NCBI GenBank assembly: GCA_902767245.1
Contig: CACXGO010000037.1
Coordinates: forward strand, 1 to 61,224
Length of the DNA: 61,224 bases
DNA from: an uncultured Erysipelotrichaceae bacterium
GTDB taxonomy: Bacteria > Bacillota_I > Bacilli_A > RF39 > UBA660
Reading direction: 5' to 3'
Shown here one piece after another: positions 19,410-27,423 of this stretch. The first letter of the stretch is position 1, and each line of letters starts with the position of its first letter. A program made the translations under genes and the position numbers. The notes beneath the pieces are model-generated. The model had not been told where the DNA came from. It saw only the letters and a program-made list of their open reading frames with translations, and made no database searches.

Positions 19410-19441
19410 GTAGCATGTTTGTGAAGAAAGGTTGAGAGAAT

Positions 19442-19912
19442 ATGAACGAAGATAAAAAAGTTTATTTAACCGAAGAAGGTATAGAAGAATTAAGAAAACA
19501 ATTGGATGAACTTAAAAATGTTAAACGTCCAGAAGTTATTCAAGCATTAAAAGAGGCACGAGCTTTAGGTGATTTATCTGAAAATGCAGAATATGATGCA
19601 GCACGAACGGAGCAAGCACTAGTTGAAGGAAAAATTGTTGAAATTGAAACAATGCTTGAAAATGCCGTTGTTATTACAGAAAAGAATACTGAAGCTGTTG
19701 ATATTGGTGCCAATGTTAAATTAAAATATGTTGATGATGATGAAACAGATACATTTACTATCTGTGGTAGTAAAGAAGTTGATCCATTCAACAATAAGAT
19801 TTCAAATGAGTCACCAATAGCACAAGCTATTATGCATCATCGTGTTGGTGATAGAGTAACAGTATTAAGTCCAAATGGACAATATGATGTTGAAATATTA
19901 GCAATTTCTTAA
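19442..19912 (+). CDS. greA: Transcription elongation factor GreA
   Basis: LTEEGIEELRKQLDELK...RPEVIQALKEARALGDLSENAEYDAA.... Confidence 0.95.
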   Translation: MNEDKKVYLTEEGIEELRKQLDELKNVKRPEVIQALKEARALGDLSENAEYDAARTEQALVEGKIVEIETMLENAVVITEKNTEAVDIGANVKLKYVDDDETDTFTICGSKEVDPFNNKISNESPIAQAIMHHRVGDRVTVLSPNGQYDVEILAIS

Positions 19913-19931
19913 GCACTTTTTGTGCTTTTTT
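19911..19931 (+). terminator. Rho-independent terminator after greA
   Basis: AAGCAC (19911-19916) / GTGCTT (19922-19927), loop TTTTT, then TTTT. Confidence 0.65.
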
Positions 19932-19933
19932 GC

Positions 19934-19962
19934 TTGCAAAATAAAACCGGTTATTATATACT
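19934..19962 (+). promoter_or_regulatory. Sigma-A promoter for tig
   Basis: TTGCAA (19934-19939), 17 nt, TATACT (19957-19962). Confidence 0.5.
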
Positions 19963-19987
19963 ATAGAGGTACCAAGGAGGAACTAAA

Positions 19988-21229
19988 GTGAATAAAAAAG
20001 AAGTTAATATAAAAATTGAAGGAAAAGAATGGGAAACAGCTTTAAATAATGCATTTGAAAAAGCAAATAGAAAAGCAAAAATTGATGGATTTCGTCCAGG
20101 TCATGCCCCAAAGGAAGTATTTTTAAAAAAATATGGCAAGGAATCATTATATATGGATGCTGCTGAGGACTCTTTACATGAAGCATATCACAAAGTAATA
20201 GATGATAACAAAGATTTAGAAATTGTTGCTGAACCAGAAATTTCAATCAAAGAAGTAAACGAGAATGGATGTGAATTTACATTTACTTTTACATTACGTC
20301 CAGAAGTTAAATTAGGTAAATATACTGATTTAGGTGTAAAAAAAGAAGAAGTAAAAGTAACTAAAAAGGAAATTGATGATCAAATAGAACATATGCGTAG
20401 TCATTATGCTGAAAATGTTCTTAAAGATGGCAAAATAGTAAAAGGTGATATTGCAATTATTGACTTTGAAGGTTTTAAAGATGGAGTAGCTTTTGAAGGT
20501 GGTAAAGGCGAGAATTACTCTTTGGAAATAGGAAGTGGAACATTTATACCTGGTTTTGAAGAACAATTAATTGGACTTAAAGCTGGTGATGAGAAAGAAG
20601 TTAATGTTACTTTTCCAGAGGATTATCATAGTGAAGAGTTAAAAGGAAAAGCTGTAACATTTAAAGTTAAAATTCATGAAGTTAAAGAAATTAAAATTCC
20701 TGAATTAAATGAAGAATTTTTTGAAGATCTTGGAATGGAAGGCGTTAATAGTAAGGAAACTTTAGAGGCAGAAGTTAAAGCTAGTATAAAAGCTAGTAAA
20801 GAACATGAAGCAGAAAATAAATATATTGATGCATTATTAGAAGCTGCTAGCAAAAATGTTAAAGTTGACATTCCTGAAGTTATGATTGACGAAGAAACTC
20901 ATCGTATGTTGAAAGAATATGAAGAACATTTAAAAATGCAAGGAATTTCATTAGAACTATTCTATAAATATACAAATTCTGATGAAAGTGCTTTAAAAGC
21001 TCAAATGAAAGATGAAGCAACAAAAAGAGTTACTTATCGTTTAATGTTAGAAGAAATTGCTAAACGTGAAAATATAAAAGTAACTGATGAAGAAGCAGAC
21101 AAAGAAGCAACTGCTTTAGCTGAAAAATATCATATGAAAAAAGAGGAATTACTTAAAAATTTTGGTGGTCTTGAAATGATAAAATATGATATGGAAATGC
21201 GTAAAACTATGGATATCTTAAAGAAATAA
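19988..21229 (+). CDS. tig: Trigger factor
   Basis: IDGFRPGHAPKEVFLKKYG, FKGF...FEGGKGENYSLEIGSGTFIPGFEEQLIGLKAGDEKEV (FKBP-type PPIase core). GTG start with AGGAGG RBS. Confidence 0.95.
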   Translation: MNKKEVNIKIEGKEWETALNNAFEKANRKAKIDGFRPGHAPKEVFLKKYGKESLYMDAAEDSLHEAYHKVIDDNKDLEIVAEPEISIKEVNENGCEFTFTFTLRPEVKLGKYTDLGVKKEEVKVTKKEIDDQIEHMRSHYAENVLKDGKIVKGDIAIIDFEGFKDGVAFEGGKGENYSLEIGSGTFIPGFEEQLIGLKAGDEKEVNVTFPEDYHSEELKGKAVTFKVKIHEVKEIKIPELNEEFFEDLGMEGVNSKETLEAEVKASIKASKEHEAENKYIDALLEAASKNVKVDIPEVMIDEETHRMLKEYEEHLKMQGISLELFYKYTNSDESALKAQMKDEATKRVTYRLMLEEIAKRENIKVTDEEADKEATALAEKYHMKKEELLKNFGGLEMIKYDMEMRKTMDILKK

Positions 21230-21248
21230 CCTTAAAGGTTATTTTTTT
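21226..21248 (+). terminator. Rho-independent terminator after tig
   Basis: ATAACCTT (21226-21233) / AAGGTTAT (21235-21242), then T7. Confidence 0.65.
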
Positions 21249-21305
21249 GTTTATTTTTTCTTAGATTAATATTATAATAATAATAGAGAATAAAAGGTGT
21301 TAAAT

Positions 21306-22169
21306 ATGGCTAGAAAAAGGAAAAAAGAATTTATTTTAACATATAAAAAAATACTAATTTTACTTGCTTCTCTTGTAATTATTGCTTTAACTATAATTGT
21401 TGTAAATCGAACTATTCCTTCAACACCAGATTATAAAATTTCATTTAACTTGAGAGAAGATGAAATGTATATAGGTGATACTAGAAAGTTTGATTATTAC
21501 ATTTTAAATGCAACAGGAAATGATAAATTGATTTGGGCAACTTCCGATAGTCGAATCGCTTCAGTTGATGCAAATGGTAAAGTAAATGCCAAATCATTTG
21601 GAGATGTTAAAATAACTGTAAGTTTAGTTAATGGAAATAGTGCTACATTAAAATTACATATAAAAAGCTACCCTGTTTCTTTAAAGTTAAATATAGATCA
21701 AACGGCTTCGCATGATTGGTTTAATAAACCAGTTAATGTAGAAATTGAGTCATTTAATATTAAAAATATTAAGTATTGCGTATCAGCTTCTGAAAAATGT
21801 AATCCCAATATAGTTTATAAAGGAAAAATAACTTTGAAAAATGGAATGTGGTACCTAAATATTAGTGGAATTGATCGTAATTTACAGGAGTTTGATTATC
21901 ATGAGCTTTTTAAAGTAGATTTAATTGCGCCTGTTTGTAATATTACAAGACTTGGAAAATTAGAAGAAGAAACAGCAACTATAATGGTTAATTGTGTCAA
22001 AGATATAAGTGGAATTTATAGTTATGAATGGTATCGTGATGGTAAACGCATTTATGTAACAAATAAAGATCAAATTAATACTAAAGAGATATATGAAGAA
22101 GGCAAACATAAATATAGTGTTAAAGTATATGATTTAGCTGGAAATTATAGTGAGATTTCAGTCAATTGA
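21306..22169 (+). CDS. Membrane-anchored surface protein with a Big_2 Ig-like domain and further Ig-like modules
   Basis: N-terminal K-rich tail plus TM helix; LIWATSDSRIASVDANGKVNAKSFGDVKITV (Big_2); C-terminal DLIAPVC... and VYDLAGNYSEISV motifs. Confidence 0.7.
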   Translation: MARKRKKEFILTYKKILILLASLVIIALTIIVVNRTIPSTPDYKISFNLREDEMYIGDTRKFDYYILNATGNDKLIWATSDSRIASVDANGKVNAKSFGDVKITVSLVNGNSATLKLHIKSYPVSLKLNIDQTASHDWFNKPVNVEIESFNIKNIKYCVSASEKCNPNIVYKGKITLKNGMWYLNISGIDRNLQEFDYHELFKVDLIAPVCNITRLGKLEEETATIMVNCVKDISGIYSYEWYRDGKRIYVTNKDQINTKEIYEEGKHKYSVKVYDLAGNYSEISVN

Positions 22170-22194
22170 CAATTTAATTATGATTTGCTATAAT
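22166..22194 (+). promoter_or_regulatory. Consensus sigma-A promoter of the T-box/tRNA-Pro/proS unit
   Basis: TTGACA (22166-22171, containing the upstream stop TGA), 17 nt, TATAAT (22189-22194). Confidence 0.7.
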
Positions 22195-22199
22195 TAACG

Positions 22200-22396
22200 C
22201 ATAAATCGATGAAAAAGGAATTTTATAGAAATTTTTATAGAAGTGAGCTTGGTACAGTGAAAACAAGTTATAAAAATCTATAAATCCGGCCTTTTGAGAG
22301 GAACTAATTATTCCCGGTCTAAAGCCGTTATTAAAATTAAGTAAATAAAGGATGGTACCGTGCTTATGCACTCCTTAAATGTGCCATCTTTTTTTC
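22200..22396 (+). promoter_or_regulatory. T-box riboswitch leader, proline-specific (candidate specifier CCG)
   Basis: GA/K-turn GATGA (22208-22212) opposite GAGA (22296-22299). Helix AAAAGG (22213-22218) / CCTTTT (22290-22295). CCG (22286-22288) plus purine immediately 5' of that helix. Distal loop GGTACAGTGAAA. F-box CCGTTA (22325-22330). T-box core AGGATGGTACCGTG (22349-22362). GATGGTAC/GTGCCATC helix followed by T7 (22389-22395). Confidence 0.8.
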
Positions 22397-22397
22397 T

Positions 22398-22474
22398 CGG
22401 AAAGTAGCTTAATTTGGTAGAGCACTTGGTTCGGGACCAAGAGGTTGTGGGTTCAAATCCCGTCTTTCCGACCA
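22398..22474 (+). tRNA. tRNA-Pro (anticodon CGG), CCA encoded
   Basis: Acceptor CGGAAAG/CTTTCCG, anticodon stem CTTGG/CCAAG with loop TTCGGGA, T loop GGTTCAAATCC, A73 plus CCA. Confidence 0.85.
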
Positions 22475-22496
22475 TTTTTTAGAAAAGAGGTATAAT

Positions 22497-23780
22497 ATGA
22501 AAGTATCAAAAATGGGTTTAAAAAGTATTAAATTAACAGAATTAGATAAGATGTATCCAGGTCAAGATATATTGCTTCAAACTGGCCAAATAAAACAATA
22601 TGGAAGTGGTTTATTTGCATATGATAATGTTGTTTTAAGAGTGCAGGATCGTATTGAAGAAATAATAAAAAAACACATGGATTCAATTGACTCAATCGAA
22701 GTTGAAATGCCTTTACTTCAACCAAGTGAGTTATGGAAATCATCTGGTAGATATGATAAATATATAAGCGATGGCGTAATGTTAACGGTTAAAAATGATA
22801 AATGTGAATATTGCTTAGCACCTACAGCAGAAGAAGCAATAACAAAATTTGCAGAGAATCGTTTAATATCATACAAACAATTACCAGTTTCTTTTTATCA
22901 AATTGGCAAGAAATTTCGTGATGAGATTCGTAATCGTGGTTACTTATATCGTGGCAAAGAATTTTTAATGTTTGATTTGTATTCATTTGATGAAAATGAG
23001 GATAACTTAAATAGTACTTATGAAAAGGTAAAACAGGCATATTTTGATACTTTTAAAGAACTTGAACTTGATTTAGTTGCAGTTGCTGCTGATAATGGTA
23101 CAATTGGTGGAACTAGATCTGAAGAAATGATGGTAATTTCTGAATCAGGCGAAGATACTATTCTTTATGATGGAAAGAATGGTCTAAATGTTGAGGTTTT
23201 AGAAAAAGATAATTACGCTGATTATTTAAAAAGAGAATATAATATTACTGATATAAATAACTTGAACAAGATGAAAGCAATTGAGCTTGGTCATATTTTT
23301 GCTCTAGGCACTAAATATTCAGAAAGTATGAATATTAAATATATTGATCAAAACAATCAAATAAAGCCATTTTATATGGGATGTTATGGTATTGGTGTCA
23401 GTCGAGTTTTAGGAGTTTTATATGAGAATAATATCATAAAAACAAATAATGAAATTGTTGGGTTTTCATTACCTTTATCAGTAGCACCATATTATTTGTA
23501 CATCATAAGTAATAACGAAAGAGAAGATGAAGCGCTAACACTTTATCATAAGCTAAATGAAGCTAATATCCCAATTATATTAGATGATACTAAAGATTCA
23601 ATTGGTAAAAAAATAAGAAATGCTAAGATATTAGGTATTCCATATATAGCAATATTAGGTGCAAGTACAGAAAACTTATTGGTAGAATTAGAATACACAA
23701 AAGATGATTCAAAAGAAGTAATGACTGTATCAAATGTTGTTAATAAATTTAAAGAAATAAAAGAAAAGTATCAAAGATAA
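22497..23780 (+). CDS. proS: Proline--tRNA ligase, bacterial-type core without the INS editing domain (427 aa)
   Basis: LQPSELWKSSGRYDKY, motif 2 FRDEIRNRGYLYRGKEFLMFDLYSF, ELGHIFALGTKYSESM, motif 3 GCYGIGVSRVLG, C-terminal anticodon-binding domain. Only about 130 aa lie between motifs 2 and 3. Confidence 0.85.
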   Translation: MKVSKMGLKSIKLTELDKMYPGQDILLQTGQIKQYGSGLFAYDNVVLRVQDRIEEIIKKHMDSIDSIEVEMPLLQPSELWKSSGRYDKYISDGVMLTVKNDKCEYCLAPTAEEAITKFAENRLISYKQLPVSFYQIGKKFRDEIRNRGYLYRGKEFLMFDLYSFDENEDNLNSTYEKVKQAYFDTFKELELDLVAVAADNGTIGGTRSEEMMVISESGEDTILYDGKNGLNVEVLEKDNYADYLKREYNITDINNLNKMKAIELGHIFALGTKYSESMNIKYIDQNNQIKPFYMGCYGIGVSRVLGVLYENNIIKTNNEIVGFSLPLSVAPYYLYIISNNEREDEALTLYHKLNEANIPIILDDTKDSIGKKIRNAKILGIPYIAILGASTENLLVELEYTKDDSKEVMTVSNVVNKFKEIKEKYQR

Positions 23781-23782
23781 TT

Positions 23783-24580
23783 ATGTATAAAACAATAAAA
23801 TATGAAATAGAATCCAATCGACAGTTAATAATTGCTCATTTTTCGGATATTCATTTCGCTAAAGTATTTAATCTTAAGAAATTTAAACAAATACTTGAAA
23901 AAATGAAAAATCTAAATCCTGATTATATATGTATAACTGGAGATATTGTTGACAATATTGGAATAACTAAAAATAATAAAATAAAATATTTAATTAATTT
24001 TTTGAATGATTTATCTAATATTAGTAAAGTATTAATTTGCTTAGGTAATCATGATACGCGCAATTATAAAAGCATGACTGATAATAAATGGTATTTAAAT
24101 TTAAATAAGAAAATAATTCTTTTAAATAACAGTAAGTATGAAGATAATAATGTTTTCTTTTATGGTTTAACAATGAATAATGATTATTATAAACATGAAA
24201 GAAAAAATGAACTTGATTTAGCTTTAAAACTTAAATCATTAAAAATGTCTTCTAACAAATTTAATATTCTTTTGTTTCATTCACCGATAAATTTTGATAA
24301 AAATAAAGTTCAAAAAGTAAATAATTTTGACCTAGTTTTGACAGGTCACACTCATAATGGAATAACACCACATTTTATTCCTGGTAATTATGGAGTTGTT
24401 GGCCCAAGTGGAAAATTATTTTTAAAGAATGCAAGAAATAGTTTTAAAAGTGGGAAGTCAACTGTTATTATAAGTGGTGGAATTACAAAATTAAGTTTAA
24501 GTACAGGTTTTTGTTTTTTAAACAATTTTTTTGCCAGTGATATAAATTATATATTCTTAAAAAAAAGTGAAAAAAATTAA
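23783..24580 (+). CDS. Metallophosphoesterase (calcineurin-like)
   Basis: IAHFSDIHF, TGDIVD, GNHD, GHTHNG. Confidence 0.8.
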   Translation: MYKTIKYEIESNRQLIIAHFSDIHFAKVFNLKKFKQILEKMKNLNPDYICITGDIVDNIGITKNNKIKYLINFLNDLSNISKVLICLGNHDTRNYKSMTDNKWYLNLNKKIILLNNSKYEDNNVFFYGLTMNNDYYKHERKNELDLALKLKSLKMSSNKFNILLFHSPINFDKNKVQKVNNFDLVLTGHTHNGITPHFIPGNYGVVGPSGKLFLKNARNSFKSGKSTVIISGGITKLSLSTGFCFLNNFFASDINYIFLKKSEKN

Positions 24581-24741
24581 TAATTTTTTGCTTTTTTTAT
24601 TGACAAATTTTTTTTAAAATATCTAAAGCAAAAAATGTTTAAAAAAACTTATAAAATAACGAAAAAAGCTTGATTTTACTACTATAATTTGCTATATTTA
24701 AAATGTAAGCAAAATAGCTTAAAAAATAGGAGGTAAAGAAA

Positions 24742-25014
24742 ATGTCAAAAGCAGATTTAGTAAATTATATTGCTGCAGAAACTGGCTTAACAAAAGCTGA
24801 CTCTACACGTGCTTTAGAAGCAGTTATGGGTGGAGTAACAAAAGGATTAAAGAAAGATAAGAAGGTTACTTTAACTGGATTCTGTACTTTCACTGCAAAG
24901 AAGAGACCATCTAAAGAAGCACGTAACCCAAGAACAGGAGCAAAAGTTGTTATTCCTGCAAGAGTTGCTGTAACTATTAAGGCTGGTTCAAAACTAAAAG
25001 AAGCTTTAAACTAA
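24742..25014 (+). CDS. hup: DNA-binding protein HU
   Basis: MSKADLVNYIAAETGLTKADSTRALEAV..., RNPRTGAKVVIPA; AGGAGG RBS. Confidence 0.95.
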   Translation: MSKADLVNYIAAETGLTKADSTRALEAVMGGVTKGLKKDKKVTLTGFCTFTAKKRPSKEARNPRTGAKVVIPARVAVTIKAGSKLKEALN

Positions 25015-25038
25015 AAGGTTTTAATTAACCTTTTTTTT
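25014..25038 (+). terminator. Rho-independent terminator after hup
   Basis: AAAGGTT (25014-25020) / AACCTTT (25027-25033), then T-run. Confidence 0.7.
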
Positions 25039-25058
25039 CTTCTAAAGGAGAGGATAAT

Positions 25059-26150
25059 TTGTTAGACATTATTAAAGAGGTATTAAATATAATTTCTGAA
25101 AAGGGATTTGATGCATATGTTGTTGGAGGTTTTGTCAGAGATCTTTACATTGGTAAAATAAGTGATGATGTGGATATTTGTACATCTGCAACTCCTAAGG
25201 ATTTAAAAGCTATTTTTGAAGACGCTATTTTACCTAAAGAAGAGTATGGTAGTGTAACACTTTACTACAATAATGTTAGATTTGAAATAACTACATTTAG
25301 AACAGAAAACAAATACATTAATAATCGAATTCCAAGTCAGATTGAATATACAAACGATTTATTATTGGATATAAAAAGAAGAGATTTTACAATCAATACG
25401 GTTTGCTTGGATAAAAATTTGAATTATATTGATTTACTAGATGGCATTAAAGATATAAAATCAAAAATCATTAAAACAGTTATAACTGCTAGTGAAAGTA
25501 TGGAATTAGATAGTTTAAGAATGCTTCGAGCAATTCGTTTTGCAACTGTACTTGATTTTGATTTAGATGAAGATTTAAAAAAAGCAATTAAAAAAAATCG
25601 CGAATTATTAGTGAATTTATCTTATTTTAGAAAAAAAAGTGAGTTAGATAAAATATTCAATAATCAGAACATAAAAAAGGGATTATCTTTAATCGAAGAA
25701 TTAGGTTTAGGTAAATACTTAGATTTAAATAATATTAATAAAATAAACACAAATGTTTTGGGTTTAGCTATATGGGCTCAATTAGATGATATTAGCAAAT
25801 ATCCTTTTAATAGTGTTGAAAAAGATCAAATTAAAAAAATTAAAACACTGATGCATGAAAGTGTTTTGGATAATTACAATTTATACTATTATGGACTTTA
25901 TATATCACAAATAGTAGGAGAATTAAAAGGAATTGATAAAAAAAATATTACCAAGGCATATAATTCTTTACAAATAAAAAGTAGGGAAGAGATTGATATA
26001 ACAATCAACGAAATATGTGAATCATTAAATAGAAAACCAGATGCTTTTTTAAAAGAAATATATTTTGATTTAGAAAGAAAAATTTTGTATAATAAATTAA
26101 GCAACAAAAAACGAATTTTAAAATCATATATAATTAAACAATATAAGTAG
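25059..26150 (+). CDS. cca: CCA-adding tRNA nucleotidyltransferase (poly(A) polymerase family)
   Basis: VVGGFVRDLYIGKISDDVDICT, RRDFTINT, LRMLRAIRFA. TTG start after GGAGAGG. Confidence 0.8.
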   Translation: MLDIIKEVLNIISEKGFDAYVVGGFVRDLYIGKISDDVDICTSATPKDLKAIFEDAILPKEEYGSVTLYYNNVRFEITTFRTENKYINNRIPSQIEYTNDLLLDIKRRDFTINTVCLDKNLNYIDLLDGIKDIKSKIIKTVITASESMELDSLRMLRAIRFATVLDFDLDEDLKKAIKKNRELLVNLSYFRKKSELDKIFNNQNIKKGLSLIEELGLGKYLDLNNINKINTNVLGLAIWAQLDDISKYPFNSVEKDQIKKIKTLMHESVLDNYNLYYYGLYISQIVGELKGIDKKNITKAYNSLQIKSREEIDITINEICESLNRKPDAFLKEIYFDLERKILYNKLSNKKRILKSYIIKQYK

Positions 26151-26159
26151 GTGAAATAG

Positions 26160-26801
26160 ATGTTAGAAAAAATAGCTTTATTGATGAAAGATAATTATGT
26201 GACTTTCCCAAAAGCATTATTAACTAATTATAGAAGTTTAAACTTAAATGAAAAAGAAACTTTGCTTTTAATCTATTTGATTAATGAAAAGAATTTGGCA
26301 TTTAATCCACAAAAAATAAGTGAAGATTTAAAAATTTCTTTTGAAGAAGTTTTAGAAATAATTAGCAATTTAACTAGTAAAGATTTAGTTGAAATAAAAA
26401 TGATAAAGGAAAATAATATTCATAGAGAATATTTATCTTTAGATAAATTATTTAAGAAATTAGCATTTTCAATTATTGATGATAATAAAAGTGAAGATAA
26501 AAAAAGTGATATTTATGGCATTTTTGAACGTGAATTTGGTCGTACATTATCACCTAATGAGACTTTAATAATTGGTCAAATGTTGGAAGAAAATTCAGAA
26601 GAGTTATTAACATGTGCATTAAATGAGGCGGTTTATAATGATGTAAGGACCCTAAGGTATATTGATCATATTTTAGCAGCATGGCGTCAAAAAGGAATTA
26701 AGAATAAAACGGATGTTGAAAATAATAAAAAAGAGTTTAAAAAAGGAAAAAAGGAAGTCAAAAAATTATTTGATTATGATTATTTAAATGAAGATGAATA
26801 A
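26160..26801 (+). CDS. dnaD: DnaD-domain replication initiation/remodelling protein
   Basis: N-terminal winged-helix region plus C-terminal DnaD domain (FEREFGRTLSPNETLIIGQMLEE...LLTCALNEAV...YIDHILAAWRQKGI); conserved dnaD-nth pairing. Confidence 0.8.
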   Translation: MLEKIALLMKDNYVTFPKALLTNYRSLNLNEKETLLLIYLINEKNLAFNPQKISEDLKISFEEVLEIISNLTSKDLVEIKMIKENNIHREYLSLDKLFKKLAFSIIDDNKSEDKKSDIYGIFEREFGRTLSPNETLIIGQMLEENSEELLTCALNEAVYNDVRTLRYIDHILAAWRQKGIKNKTDVENNKKEFKKGKKEVKKLFDYDYLNEDE

Positions 26802-27405
26802 TATTATTGAATACTTAGATGAGCTTTTTCCTAATGCTAAATGTGAATTAAATTATTCAAAAGATTATGAACTTTTAATTGCAGTAATGCTAAGTGCACA
26901 AACAACTGATAAAAAAGTAAATCAAGTAACTTCAGTTTTATTTAAAGATTATCCAAATATTGGAACGTTGGCAGCTGCTAAAATTGAAGATGTTGAAAAT
27001 ATTATTAAACCGATTGGAACATATCGGATTAAAGCAAGAAATGTTGTTGAAATTGCCAAAAAATTAAAGGAAAAGCCGATTTGTAATGATCGAAATTATT
27101 TGGAATCTTTAAATGGAGTAGGAAGAAAAACAGCAAATGTTGTTTTATCTATACTATATAATGAACCCTGTTTAGCTGTAGACACTCATATCGCAAGAGT
27201 CTCTAAAAGATTAGGGTTTGCAAAAGAAACTGATGATGTTGTAACCATTGAAAAAAAATTAATGAAATTAATTCCTAAAAATGATGTTGCGCATATTCAT
27301 CACCAATTAATATTTTTTGGAAGATACCATTGCAAAGCTATCAAACCTAATTGTCAAAATTGTAAGCTAATAGGTGATTGTAAATACAAAAGAAAAGAAA
27401 TATGA
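26788..27405 (+). CDS. nth: Endonuclease III
   Basis: LLIAVMLSAQTTDKKVN, LNGVGRKTANVVL, VDTHIARV, and 4Fe-4S cluster CKAIKPNCQNCKLIGDC. Confidence 0.92.
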   Translation: MKMNNIIEYLDELFPNAKCELNYSKDYELLIAVMLSAQTTDKKVNQVTSVLFKDYPNIGTLAAAKIEDVENIIKPIGTYRIKARNVVEIAKKLKEKPICNDRNYLESLNGVGRKTANVVLSILYNEPCLAVDTHIARVSKRLGFAKETDDVVTIEKKLMKLIPKNDVAHIHHQLIFFGRYHCKAIKPNCQNCKLIGDCKYKRKEI

Positions 27406-27423
27406 TTAACATATTTCTTTTTA
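27394..27423. terminator. Bidirectional terminator nth / PBP1A
   Basis: AAAGAAATATG (27394-27404) / CATATTTCTTT (27410-27420). Confidence 0.7.

Noticed and set aside
20004-20871. Antisense ORFs inside tig (20004-20246, 20330-20566, 20674-20871). Comparable antisense ORFs lie inside the SPFH gene, ftsK, yrrN, yrrO, greA, proS, cca, the pilin-like gene, trmB, rnj, ftsY, the HerA-like gene and its membrane partner, alaS, the cadherin-like gene, uvrC, nusG, rplK, rplA, rplJ and others.
   Set aside because: All lie within strongly supported conserved CDS on the other strand. They lack an RBS and encode low-complexity L/F/I/S-rich peptides, as expected from the complement of AT-rich coding sequence.
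22174-22371. 65-aa minus-strand ORF in the track between the Big_2 protein gene and tRNA-Pro.
   Set aside because: It lies entirely within the plus-strand T-box leader, whose conserved elements (GA motif, F-box, T-box core, terminator) explain the sequence. It has no RBS, and its peptide is low-complexity.
24581-24741. 160-nt region upstream of hup with an inverted repeat (TTTTTTGCTTT / AAAGCAAAAAA) and several promoter-like hexamers.
   Set aside because: It is AT-only and low-complexity, and the repeats are of a kind expected by chance in this composition. The best promoter candidate (TTGATT-17-TATATT at 24670-24698) is plausible but not distinctive enough to report as a feature.
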